From Candidatus Latescibacterota bacterium (lineage in GTDB: Bacteria > Latescibacterota > UBA2968 > UBA8231), in contig OZ220090.1 of NCBI GenBank assembly GCA_964291625.2, positions 352,001-416,000 on the forward strand: a stretch of 64,000 bases of DNA. The letters are read 5' to 3'. Position 1 is the stretch's first letter. Every line of letters starts with the position of its first letter. A model generated the notes under the pieces. It ran no database searches, had not been told where the DNA came from, and saw nothing but the letters and a program-made list of their open reading frames with translations. This document shows, in pieces, positions 48,716 through 58,594 of this stretch. The translations under genes and the position numbers were made by a program.

Positions 48716-50013
48716 AGGAACTGTCCAGAAATAAGTGCTGTTCTTTTTGGTGGCAGGGTGTTACCTTTGATGCGTGGACACGGAGAGCACTCTGCGGGCG
48801 AAATACAAAGCCCTGGCGCCGGTGTTGAACGAGCGCACGGGACGGTTGTGGGCCGCGTCGGAGGCGCAAGCCCTGGGGCATGGCGGCATTGCCGTGGTGG
48901 CTCGGGCCACGGGCCTGTCGCGGACCCGGATCGCTCGCGGCCTGCAGGAACTGCAGTCGGACGCCCCGTTGGATCCCGGCCGGGTGCGTCGGCCGGGCGG
49001 CGGTCGCAAGCGACGCGTCGACACCGACGTGACGCTGTTGTCGGACCTCAACGCCCTGGTCGAACCGGTCACCGCCGGGGCGCCGGACGACAGCCCCTTG
49101 CGATGGACGTCGAAGAGCACCCGCAAGTTGGCGGCCGAGTTGCAGGCCCTGGGCCATTCGGTGAGTCCTGGCCTCGTCAGCGGACTGTTGCGCGAGCTTG
49201 GCTACACGCTGCAGGCCAATCGCAAGACGAGAGAAGGCACCCAACACCCGGATCGGGACGCCCAGTTTCACTATCTCAACGACCAGGTCCAAAGGGCCCA
49301 GGCTCAAGGCCAGCCGGTCATTTCGGTGGACACCAAGAAGAAGGAGCTGATCGGCGACTTCAAGAACGGGGGCCGGGCCTGGCGTCCGAAGGGCGAGCCG
49401 GAGCGCGTGAAGGTGCACGATTTCGTCATCCCCGCCCAGGGCAAGGCGATTCCCTACGGGGTCTACGACCTGAACCGCAACGAAGGCTGGGTCAGCGTCG
49501 GGGTCGACCACGACACGGCCGGTTTCGCGGTGAACGCCATCCGCAGCTGGTGGAAACGCATGGGGCGTCCGGCCTACCCGGCGGCCTCGCACCTGTGGAT
49601 CACGGCCGATGCGGGGGGCAGCAACGGCCCGAGACTGCGGCTGTGGAAATGGGAATTGCAGCGCTTCGCCGATCGCACGGGCCTGACGATCACCGTCTGT
49701 CACTATCCTCCGGGCACGAGCAAGTGGAACCGCATCGAGCATCGCCTGTTCTCCTATATCGCCAAGAACTGGCGAGGCCAGCCGTTGGTCAGTCTGGCCA
49801 CGGTGGTCAACCTGATCGGCCGGACGACCACGAAGAAAGGGCTTCGGGTACGCGCGGAGATCGACAAGCGATCGTATCCCAAAGCGGTGGTCGTCAAGGA
49901 CGAGCAAATGGAGCGCATCGATCTCTCGCCCCATGAGTTTCACGGGGACTGGAACTACACGATCCGGCCCACAGCGGCCAGCCGAAGTGAATCATCTGTT
50001 TCGTGACAAAGCC
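48716..50013 (+). mobile_element. ISAzo13-family insertion sequence (ends uncertain by about 2 bp)
   Basis: Imperfect terminal IRs: GGAACTGTCCAGAAATAAGTG versus the reverse complement of the right end, GGCTTTGTCACGAAACAGATG. Short target duplication CTA (48713-48715 and 50013-50015) inside hsdM. Confidence 0.88.
48774..50006 (+). CDS. ISAzo13-family DDE transposase
   Basis: RVRRPGGGRK, SPLRWTSKS, HPDRDAQF, ISVDTKKKELIG, ADAGGSNG, PPGTSKWNRIEHRLFS, FHGDWNY. Confidence 0.95.
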   Translation: MDTESTLRAKYKALAPVLNERTGRLWAASEAQALGHGGIAVVARATGLSRTRIARGLQELQSDAPLDPGRVRRPGGGRKRRVDTDVTLLSDLNALVEPVTAGAPDDSPLRWTSKSTRKLAAELQALGHSVSPGLVSGLLRELGYTLQANRKTREGTQHPDRDAQFHYLNDQVQRAQAQGQPVISVDTKKKELIGDFKNGGRAWRPKGEPERVKVHDFVIPAQGKAIPYGVYDLNRNEGWVSVGVDHDTAGFAVNAIRSWWKRMGRPAYPAASHLWITADAGGSNGPRLRLWKWELQRFADRTGLTITVCHYPPGTSKWNRIEHRLFSYIAKNWRGQPLVSLATVVNLIGRTTTKKGLRVRAEIDKRSYPKAVVVKDEQMERIDLSPHEFHGDWNYTIRPTAASRSESSVS

Positions 50014-52379
50014 TACGTGCGCGGCAAGTACCGCGACGTGATCCTGCCCATGACCGTGCTGCGCCGGCTGGACGCGGTGCTGGAGGAGAGCAAGCAGGAG
50101 GTCCTGGGGATGAAGGCCACCCTCGACCAGGCCGGCGTCGTCGAGCAGGACGCCACCCTGCGGCAGACCGCCGGGCAGGCCTTCTACAACACCTCGAAGT
50201 TCACCCTGAAGGACCTGAGGGCCCGCGCCAACCGCCAGCAGCTCGAGGCCGACTTCCGGGCCTGGCTCGACGGGTTCTCGCCCAACGTGCAGGACATCCT
50301 CGACAACTTCGAGTTCCGCAACCAGATCCAGCGGCTCTCCCGGGCCGACGCCCTGGGCACGCTGATCGAGAAGCTGACCTCGCCCGACATCAACCTGAGC
50401 CCGGTCCCGGTCCACGGTTCCGACGGCACGGTCCGGCACCCCGGCCTGGACAACCACGGCATGGGCACGATCTTCGAGGAGCTGATCCGGCGCTTCAACG
50501 AGGAGAACAACGAGGAGGCGGGCGAGCACTGGACCCCCCGCGACGCCGTGACCCTGATGGCCAAGCTCGTCTTCCTGCCCGTGGCCGACCGGATCAAGTC
50601 CGGCACCTACCTGATCTACGACGGGGCCTGCGGCACCGGGGGCATGCTGACCGTGGCCGAAGACGTGCTCCAGCAGCTCGCCGCCGACCACGGCCGGCAG
50701 GTCTCCACCCATCTCTATGGCCAGGAGATCAATGCCGAGACCTACGCCATCTGCAAGGCCGACCTGCTGCTGAAGGGGGAAGGGGACGCGGCCGACAACA
50801 TCGTGGGCGGCCCCGAGCACTCGACCCTGGCCAACGACGCCTTCCCGTCCCGCGAGTTCGACTTCATGCTCTCCAATCCGCCCTACGGCAAGAGCTGGAA
50901 GACCGACCTGGAACGCATGGGCGGCAAGCGCGACATGCGCGACCCGCGCTTCGTGATCGAGCACGACGGCGATCCCGAGTACTCCCTGGTCACCCGCTCC
51001 AGCGACGGCCAGATGCTCTTCCTCGCCAACAAGCTCTCCAAGATGAAGCCGGGCGGCAGCCGCATCGCCGAGGTCCACAACGGCAGCTCCCTGTTCACCG
51101 GCGACGCCGGCCAGGGCGAGAGCAACATCCGCCGCTGGATCATCGAGAACGACTGGCTGGAGGCGATCGTCGCCCTGCCCCTCAACATGTTCTACAACAC
51201 CGGCATCGCCACCTACGTCTGGGTCCTCAGCAACCGCAAGCCGGAGCACCGCCGCGGCAAGGTGCAGCTGATCGACGCTACCGGGTGGCACCGGCCCCTG
51301 CGCAAGAACCTGGGCAAGAAGAACTGCGAGCTCGGCGAGGAGGACATCCAGCGTATCTGCGACACCTTTCTCGCCTTCGAGGAGAGCGAGCAGAGCAAGA
51401 TCTTCGACAACGCCGCCTTCGGCTACTGGAAGGTGACGGTCGAGCGGCCGCTGCGCCTCGAAGGAGCCGACCCCGACCGCGCCTGCAAGGCCGCCGAGAT
51501 CAAGAAGCTGAAGGAGAGCTGCGAGCGCAGCGAGAGTGCTCCGGCTGTCATCAGGAAGATCCACAAGCGAGGCACGGAAGCCGATCCGCTACGCGGCCGG
51601 TTCGAGGCGACGGTGAACGGCCGACACGCCGTGGTGGAGTACGAGCCGGACACCGCCCTGCGCGACACCGAGCAGATCCCGCTGCAGGAGGAGGGCGGCA
51701 TCGAGGCGTTCCTGCGGCGGGAGGTCCTGCCATATGCCCCCGACGCCTGGTACCAGCCGGACAGCGTGAGAATCGGCTACGAGATCAGCTTCACGCGGTA
51801 TTTCTACAAGCCCCAGCCGATGCGCACGCTGGAGGAGATCGGTGCGGACATCCTGGCGTTGGAGAGGGAGACGGAAGGGCTGCTCGACGATCTGCCCCTG
51901 GTGCGCGAACCGGCGACTGAGTACGGCAAGCCGCGCATCTACGTGGATACCTCGGTGATCGGCGGCTGCCATGACGATGAATTCCGCGAGCCATCGATGC
52001 AGTTGTTCGAGATGTTTCGCCAGGGAGAAGCCACGATGCTTCTCTCGGGCATCACTCTGGATGAACTAGCGGATGCTCCGCCCCCATCAGGCAGGCCACC
52101 AGCACCGTTCCCTCGGAACACAAGGAGCTCCTTGCCGTTTCAAGAGAGGCAGAAGAGCTCGCCGATGCCTACATCGCGGCTGGGGCCATGGGTGGGGCCA
52201 ACCTGAACGATGCGCTGCACATCGCTCTCGCGACCCTGGCCAAGGCCGATGTCCTGGTGAGCTGGAACTTCAGGCACATGGTGAACTGGCGGCGCATCAG
52301 GGCCTGCAACGAGGTCAATCGCAAGAATGGATACCATGCCATCGACATTCGCACCCCGGAGGAAACCGTCCATGACTGA
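50014..52379 (+). CDS. hsdM: Type I R-M methyltransferase HsdM (main part) fused at its C-terminus to a PIN domain; frameshift in the C-run near 52082
   Basis: AGEHWTPRD, YDGACGTGG (motif I), NPPY (motif IV), GYEISFTRYFY, then without a stop into KPRIYVDTSVIGG (PIN). Confidence 0.85.
51928..52379 (+). CDS. PIN (VapC-like) nuclease domain at the 3' end of hsdM
   Basis: IYVDTSVIGG..D.EF, S.ITLDEL, frameshift, then ELADAYI..G, DALHIALAT...DVLVSWNFRHMVN..RI...N...GY..IDIRTP. Confidence 0.8.
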
Positions 52380-52587
52380 AGACCGTCCCACCAAGAAGAG
52401 ATTCGACTGCGTCAAGTTCATGCGCGAGGCCCGCGCCCGCAGTGCCGCAAAGACAGCCCACATGACGACTGGCGAACGGATTGAGTGGTTCAATACCCGT
52501 CGGTATGACGACCCCGTGCTGGAAGAAATGGCCGCGCGATTGCGCCAATCCATACAGGACAGGGCGACGGATAGCCGCGCAGACTGA
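52372..52587 (+). CDS. Small protein, probable antitoxin partner of the PIN domain
   Basis: 71 aa; RBS GGAGGA; start overlaps the PIN stop; KKRFDCVKFMREAR motif resembles small genes I recall next to this PIN class. Confidence 0.6.
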   Translation: MTEDRPTKKRFDCVKFMREARARSAAKTAHMTTGERIEWFNTRRYDDPVLEEMAARLRQSIQDRATDSRAD

Positions 52588-52619
52588 CAGGCCGAGAAGC
52601 GATTCCACCGGAGGGAGCA

Positions 52620-52754
52620 ATGCCTTACGCGGAAGACTGGAACGACCCGAAGGCCATGTTGCGAGACGCCGTGCTCTGCCATTTCGACGACACCACGCCG
52701 CGACCCAGGTTGATTCGCCTTCATTCTGTCCGCGATGAGGTCCACTTGGCATGA
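52620..52754 (+). pseudogene. 44-aa remnant of a HicB-like antitoxin (not in the ORF track)
   Basis: RBS GGAGGGAG, then MPYAEDWNDPKAMLRDAVLCHFDDTTPRPRLIRLHSVRDEVHLA; DAV.CHFD...P..IRLH.VRDE matches the C-terminal half of a HicB-fold family; stop overlaps the hsdS ATG. Confidence 0.55.
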
Positions 52755-54187
52755 AATCGCCAAACGTCCGGGAATTGAAGCCGTATCCGGAAATGAAGGA
52801 CTCTGGCGTCGAGTGGCTCGGGGAAGTGCCTGCGCATTGGGAGGTCAAACCCAACCGCACCCTCTTTGATGAGGTAAGGGAGCGAGGTCGACCAGAAGAA
52901 CCGATGCTATCAGTAACGATCAAACGGGGTGTCATACGCCAGAGTGACCTCCTGGAGAATGCATCAAAGAAGGATGGTTCAAACCTGGACAAATCGGCCT
53001 ACAAACTGGTCAAACCTGGGGACATCGCATACAACAAGATGAGAGCATGGCAAGGTGCGGTGGGGGCGTCTGAGTATCGAGGCATCGTTAGTCCTGCCTA
53101 CGTTGTTGAGCGTCCACGCAATGGAGTCAGCTCTGGCTTCCTCCATTACTTGCTTCGGATGCCCGGTTTCGCAAAAGAGGCCGAACGCTGGTCATACGGG
53201 ATTACATCGGACATGTGGAGCCTACGGCCTGAACACTTCAAGATGATCTACGCATGCCTTCCTCCTTCCATCGAACAAACCGCCATCGTCCGCTTCCTCG
53301 ACCACGCCGACCGACGCATCCGGCGCTACATCCGCGCCAAGCAGAAGCTGATTGCGCTGCTGGAGGAGCAGAAGCAGGCCATCATCCACCAAGCCGTTAT
53401 AGGCCAGATGGACCTCCGGACTGGACGCCCCTATCCGTCGTACAAGGACTCAGGCGTGGAGTGGTTAGGCGACTTGCCTGATCATTGGGAAGTGAGACGG
53501 ATAGGCAGTCTTGCCAAAGTAGGTAATGGCTCGACACCTGCTCGCAGTAATCAAGCATATTGGAGTGACGGTTCGTATCCCTGGCTGAACAGTTCCAGCG
53601 TGAACCAGGGTAGGATAACGGAGGCTGACCAGTTCGTAACAGAGACAGCGCTTCGAGAGTGCCATTTGCCGAGAGTCCCTGCGGACAGCGTGCTTGTTGG
53701 AATCACCGGGCAGGGAAAGACGCGGGGTATGGCCGCAGTGTTGGCGATTGAAGTGACGATCAACCAGCATTTGGCGTACATAACACCAAGAGCCGGCAGG
53801 GCGTGGTTGACCTCCGGCTATCTTCACATGTGCCTCACTGCGGCGTATACAGAGTTGCGCGCAATCAGCAGCGCTTCCGGCAGCACTAAGGGTGCCCTGA
53901 CATGCGAGGACATCAAGTCCTTCAGCGTTCCACTGCCTCCGATGGAGGAACAAGAAGCGGTGCTCTTGTCGATCAGGAGGAGTCTTACCCCTCTAGAGAA
54001 CTGTGTGGACCTAGCGCAGCGCCAGATTGAACTTCTGAAGGGGTACCGCGCCCGCCTCATCGCGGATGTCGTCACCGGCAAGCTCGATGTGCGCGGGGCG
54101 GCGGCTGGGTTGCCTTCGGAAGACATCCCCGGGGACCTCGATAAGCCAGCGGAAGAGGACGGAGTCGACAGAGAGATAGCCGTATGA
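52751..54187 (+). CDS. hsdS: Type I R-M specificity subunit HsdS
   Basis: Two repeats of YP..KDSGVEWLG..P.HWEV, two lower-GC TRDs, P..EQ helical spacers, LIADVVTGKLDVR. Confidence 0.93.
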   Translation: MKSPNVRELKPYPEMKDSGVEWLGEVPAHWEVKPNRTLFDEVRERGRPEEPMLSVTIKRGVIRQSDLLENASKKDGSNLDKSAYKLVKPGDIAYNKMRAWQGAVGASEYRGIVSPAYVVERPRNGVSSGFLHYLLRMPGFAKEAERWSYGITSDMWSLRPEHFKMIYACLPPSIEQTAIVRFLDHADRRIRRYIRAKQKLIALLEEQKQAIIHQAVIGQMDLRTGRPYPSYKDSGVEWLGDLPDHWEVRRIGSLAKVGNGSTPARSNQAYWSDGSYPWLNSSSVNQGRITEADQFVTETALRECHLPRVPADSVLVGITGQGKTRGMAAVLAIEVTINQHLAYITPRAGRAWLTSGYLHMCLTAAYTELRAISSASGSTKGALTCEDIKSFSVPLPPMEEQEAVLLSIRRSLTPLENCVDLAQRQIELLKGYRARLIADVVTGKLDVRGAAAGLPSEDIPGDLDKPAEEDGVDREIAV

Positions 54188-54241
54188 CGCTCGGCCAGCC
54201 GAGCCATCCCTATTATGTTTCCATCGCAAAGGAGGCAACGC

Positions 54242-54759
54242 ATGACAGACGGGAGCAAGTGGCGTGCGGTGGAGAGCGTGCCCGGCCGACTCAGCGGGGC
54301 CTGGGTTTTCGGGGGCACTCGGCTGCCCGTGTCGGCCCTCTTCGGCAACTGGCGGAGGGCGCGACCGTCCACGACTTCATCGAGTGGTTCGGCGGGGTGG
54401 ACGAAGAACAGATGCGGGATGTAATGAGAGTCACCGTATCCATTGACGAAGAGACCTATCGGCTCGCCCGAGTCCGAGCGGCGGAATTGGACACCTCGGT
54501 GTCAGCCTTGGTACGGGGCTACCTGGAGAGCTTGGTCGAGGACGACGGCTCTGGCGCGACGGCGACCGGTAGCAGAGACGCAGAGAAAGAGGCCAAGCGT
54601 CGGCGTGAGTTGATGAGGCGGGTCTTCCAAGACTTCGACGCCCGTGGCATCGGCCTGAGGATGTCCGATAATAGCCAGGTCCGAGGCTCAGGCGGCGGCC
54701 GCCGCCGAAGTCCAAGACAACCGTGGGTGACCGCCATGGACTCTCTCCAGACTAACTAG
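54242..54759 (+). pseudogene. DUF433 domain joined to a ribbon-helix-helix antitoxin domain; frameshift near 54349 and a probably damaged C-terminus
   Basis: VESVPGRLSGAWVFGGTRLPVSALF.N / LAEGATVHDFIEWF.GV (DUF433), continuing into MRVTVSIDEETYRLARVRAAELDTSVSALVRGYL (RHH). Confidence 0.65.
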
Positions 54760-54763
54760 CGGA

Positions 54764-57700
54764 ATGCCCACCGACACCACCGAACGCGGCCTCGAGCGCC
54801 TTATCTGCACCACCCTGGCCGGCCATCCCTGTGACGCGCCTCCGGGCCCCACTGTAGGCGAGCCTCCAGCCCCCTACACCGGGTCCGGTTGGAGCGGCGG
54901 GAACTTCCACGACTACGACCGCGAGTACTGCGTCGACCTGGCCCAGCTCTCCGCCTTCCTGCGCGCCACCCAGCCGGAAGCATCCGAGTCCCTGAGCCTG
55001 TCCGAAACCGGCCCGACGCGCCGCCGGTTCCTGGCCCGGCTCCAGGGAGAGATCAGCAAGCGGGGCACCATCGACGTGCTGCGCCACGGCATCCGGCACG
55101 GGGCCCACGATCTCGACCTGTTTTACGGCACGCCCTCGGCCGACAACCCGGAGGCGCAGGAGCGCTTCGGGCAGAACCGCTTTACCGTCACCCGCCAGCT
55201 CCGCTACAGCCGCGACGAGACCCAGCGGGCCCTCGACATCGGGCTGTTCATCAACGGCCTGCCGGTCCTCACCTTCGAGCTGAAGAACAGCCTCACCAAG
55301 CAGACGGTCGACGACGCCGTCCAGCAGTACCAGCGCGACCGCAACCCGCGGGAGAGGCTGTTCGAACTGGGCCGCTGCGTTGCCCACTTCGCCGTGGACG
55401 AGAGCGAGGTCCGGTTCTGCACCCACCTCCGGGGCAAGGCCTCGTGGTTCCTGCCCTTCAACCGGGGCTGGAACGACGGCGCCGGCAACCCGCCCAACGC
55501 CAGCGGCATCAAGGCCGACTACCTGTGGCGCGAGGTGCTGACCCCGGAGAGTCTGACCGACATCCTCGAGAACTACGCCCAGGTGGTGGAGGCGAGGGAC
55601 GAGAAGACGGGCCGGCGGAGCCGGAGCCAGGTCTGGCCGCGCTACCACCAGCTCGACGTGGTGCGCCGCCTGCTCTCGGACGCGGGCGACCGCGGCGCCG
55701 GAGAGCGCTACCTGATCCAGCACTCGGCCGGCAGCGGCAAGAGCAACTCCATCGCCTGGCTGGCCCACCAGTTGATCGGGCTGACGCGGGACGGCGTTCC
55801 CGCCTTCGATTCGATCATCGTCGTCACCGACCGGGTGATCCTGGACCGGCAGATCCGCGACACGATCCGCCAGTACGCCCAAGTCTCGGCGACCGTGGGT
55901 CACGCCGACCGCTCCGGCGACCTGCGCCGGTTCATCGAGAGCGGCAAGAAGATCATCATCTCCACGGTGCAGAAGTTCCCCTTCATCCTCGACGAGATCG
56001 GCAACGAGCAGCGGGGGCGCCGCTTCGCCATCATCATCGACGAGGCCCACTCGAGCCAGGGAGGCCGCGCCAGCTCGGCCATGGCCCGGGCCCTCTCCGA
56101 GGCCGGGGAAGAGGAGGAGGACGAGACTTTCGAGGACCGCATCAACCGCCTCATGGAGTCGCGCAAGCTGCTGCCCAACGCCAGCTACTTCGCCTTTACC
56201 GCCACGCCGAAGAACAAGACCCTGGAGAGATCTTCGGCGCCCCCGACCCGCGGCCCGACGGGGCGGTCCGGCACCACGCCTTCCACAGCTACACCATGAA
56301 GCAGGCGATCCAGGAGGGCTTCATCCTCGACGTGCTCGCCCACTACATGCCGGTGGCCAGCTACTACAGGCTCGCCAAGACCGTGGAGGAGGACCCGGAG
56401 TTCGACGTGAGGAAGGCCCAGAAGAAGCTGCGCCGCTTCGTCGAGGGCAGCGGCCACGCCATCCGGCTCAAGGCCGAGATCATGGTCGACCACTTCCACG
56501 ACCAGGTCCTGGCCCAGGGCAAGGTCGGCGGCCAGGCCCGGGCCATGGTGGTCACCAACGGCGTCGAGCGGGCGATCCAGTACTACCACGCCATCCGCGA
56601 CTACCTCCTGGAGCGCAAGAGCCCCCACCGGGCGATCGTCGCCTTCTCGGGGGAGCACGACTTCGGCGGGGGCCGGGTGACCGAGGCCTCCCTGAACGAA
56701 TTCCCCTCCGGCCGGATCGCCGAGCAGTTCCAGGGGGAGCCATACCGCTTCCTGGTCTGCGCCGACAAGTTCCAGACCGGGTACGACGAGCCCCCCTGCT
56801 GCACACGATGTACGTCGACAAGACGCTCTCCGGTATCAAGGCGGTGCAGACCCTGTCCCGGCTCAACCGGGCCCACCCGAAGAAGCACGACGTCTTTGTC
56901 CTCGACTTCCTCAACGACGAGGAGATCATCAAGCACGCCTTCTCCGACTACTACCGGGCCACGATCCTGGCCGACGAGACCGACCCCGACAAGCTCCACG
57001 ACCTGCAGGCGGACCTGGACGGCGCCCAGGTATACGACCCCGCGCAGGTCGACGACCTGGTCGAGCGCTACCTCGGCGGCGCCGAGCGCGACCAGCTCGA
57101 CCCGATCCTCGACGCCTGCGTGGCGGTCTACCGGAGTCTGGACGAGGACCGGCAGGTCGACTTCAAGGGCCAGGCCAAGGGCTTCGTGCGGACCTACGCC
57201 TTCCTCTCCTCCGTGCTGCCCTACAGCGACGAGGGCTGGGAGAAGCGCTCGATCTTCCTGAACTTCCTGATCCCGAAGCTGCCGGCGCCCGAGGAGGAGG
57301 ACCTGTCGAAGGGGATCCTCGACGCCATCGACCTCGACAGCTACCGGGTGGAGAAGCAGGAGATGAGGAAGATCCTGCTGCCCGACGAGGACGCCGAGGT
57401 CGACCCGGTGCCGGCCGCCGGGGGAGGGCACCGCCCCGAGCAGGAGCTGGACCGGCTGTCGAACATCCTCAGGACCTTCAACGACCACTGGGGCACCGAC
57501 TGGGAGGACGGCGACCGTGTGGGACAGCTGATCACCGAGGTGATACCCTCCAAGGTGGCCGCCGACACCGCCTTCCGGAACGCCCGCCAGAACTCGGACC
57601 GCGAGAACACCCGCATCGAGGGCGACAAGGTGCTGATCCGGGTCATGAACTCGGTGATGAAGGACGACACCCAGTTGTTCAAGAAGTTCATGGACGACCC

Positions 57701-57767
57701 CGGATTCCAGCGCTGGATGGCGGATACGGTCTTCGGGCTTGCGTACGAGCAGGCCCGGGGCCCCTGA
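54764..57767 (+). CDS. hsdR: Type I R-M restriction subunit HsdR; frameshifts near 56228 and 56795
   Basis: D..LFINGLP...ELK nuclease motif, HSAGSGKS, IIDEAHSSQ, FAFTATPK, YTMKQAIQEGFILDV, KFQTGYDEP, MYVDK.L.GIKAVQTLSRLNR, spread over three frames. Confidence 0.9.
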
Positions 57768-57778
57768 ACAAGCTGCAC

Positions 57779-58594
57779 GTGGAGCCTGAGCGACAACAAG
57801 GGAGGTCTGCGGCTCCGGACCGTCCCACGCCTCGCGTGAAGGCGTTCTGCGTCGGCCAGGCGAAGTCGGGTACCGCCTCGATAGCAGGACTGCTGTCCGC
57901 CAACTACCGTGTGGCCCATGAGCCCGAACGGGCGGCAACGCTCGACCTGATCCTCCGGCACGGGCGCGGTGAACTCTCGGACATGGCCGTCCGGGAACGT
58001 CTGCGCGAGCGGGATGTCCGGCTCGACCTCGAGTACGACGTGGCATGGGCGAACCAATTCCTCATCCGTCACCTGCTGGTCGTCTTTCCCACCGCGAGAT
58101 TCATCGTGCTGATCCGAGACTGCTACACGTGGCTGCCGTCGATCACCGATCACCTCGCCCTCCGCGATGTGCCCGGTGACGTTCGCGAGTTCATGAAGTG
58201 GTGGTTCAGGCCGGACCAGTATCCGCACGGAGCCGCCGATCGCGTCCTCGAGGCCCGCGGGCTGTTCTCGGTATCGGCCTACCTTCACGCGTGGAACCGG
58301 CATGTCGACTCCTGCATCGGGTCGATTCCAGCCGAACGGCGGTTGGTGCTGCGGACCAACGAGCTCGGTGCCTCACATCGGCGCTTGGCGGGCTTCCTGG
58401 AGATACCCGTCAGCTCTCTCGACGCGGCCCAGGGCCACGTCAACCGCGGTACGCCGATGGAGCCAATAGCATCTGTCGTGGCCCCCGGATACATCGACGA
58501 GATGGTACACTCCATCTGCGGGGTCAACATGGCGCGTTACTTCCCCTCGATAGGAGACAGGCTGCCTCGACCATGCATGGAAGCGCCGCACTGA
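57779..58594 (+). CDS. Sulfotransferase-family (P-loop) protein
   Basis: FCVGQAKSGTASI (5'-PSB loop), AHEP, FPTARFIVLIRD...W..S (3'-PB), RRLAGFL. Confidence 0.7.
   Translation: MEPERQQGRSAAPDRPTPRVKAFCVGQAKSGTASIAGLLSANYRVAHEPERAATLDLILRHGRGELSDMAVRERLRERDVRLDLEYDVAWANQFLIRHLLVVFPTARFIVLIRDCYTWLPSITDHLALRDVPGDVREFMKWWFRPDQYPHGAADRVLEARGLFSVSAYLHAWNRHVDSCIGSIPAERRLVLRTNELGASHRRLAGFLEIPVSSLDAAQGHVNRGTPMEPIASVVAPGYIDEMVHSICGVNMARYFPSIGDRLPRPCMEAPH

Noticed and set aside
52783-53495. Two similar segments of about 60 bp in hsdS
   Set aside because: These are the normal conserved repeats of HsdS; no inverted repeats, extra TRDs or invertase to suggest a shufflon.
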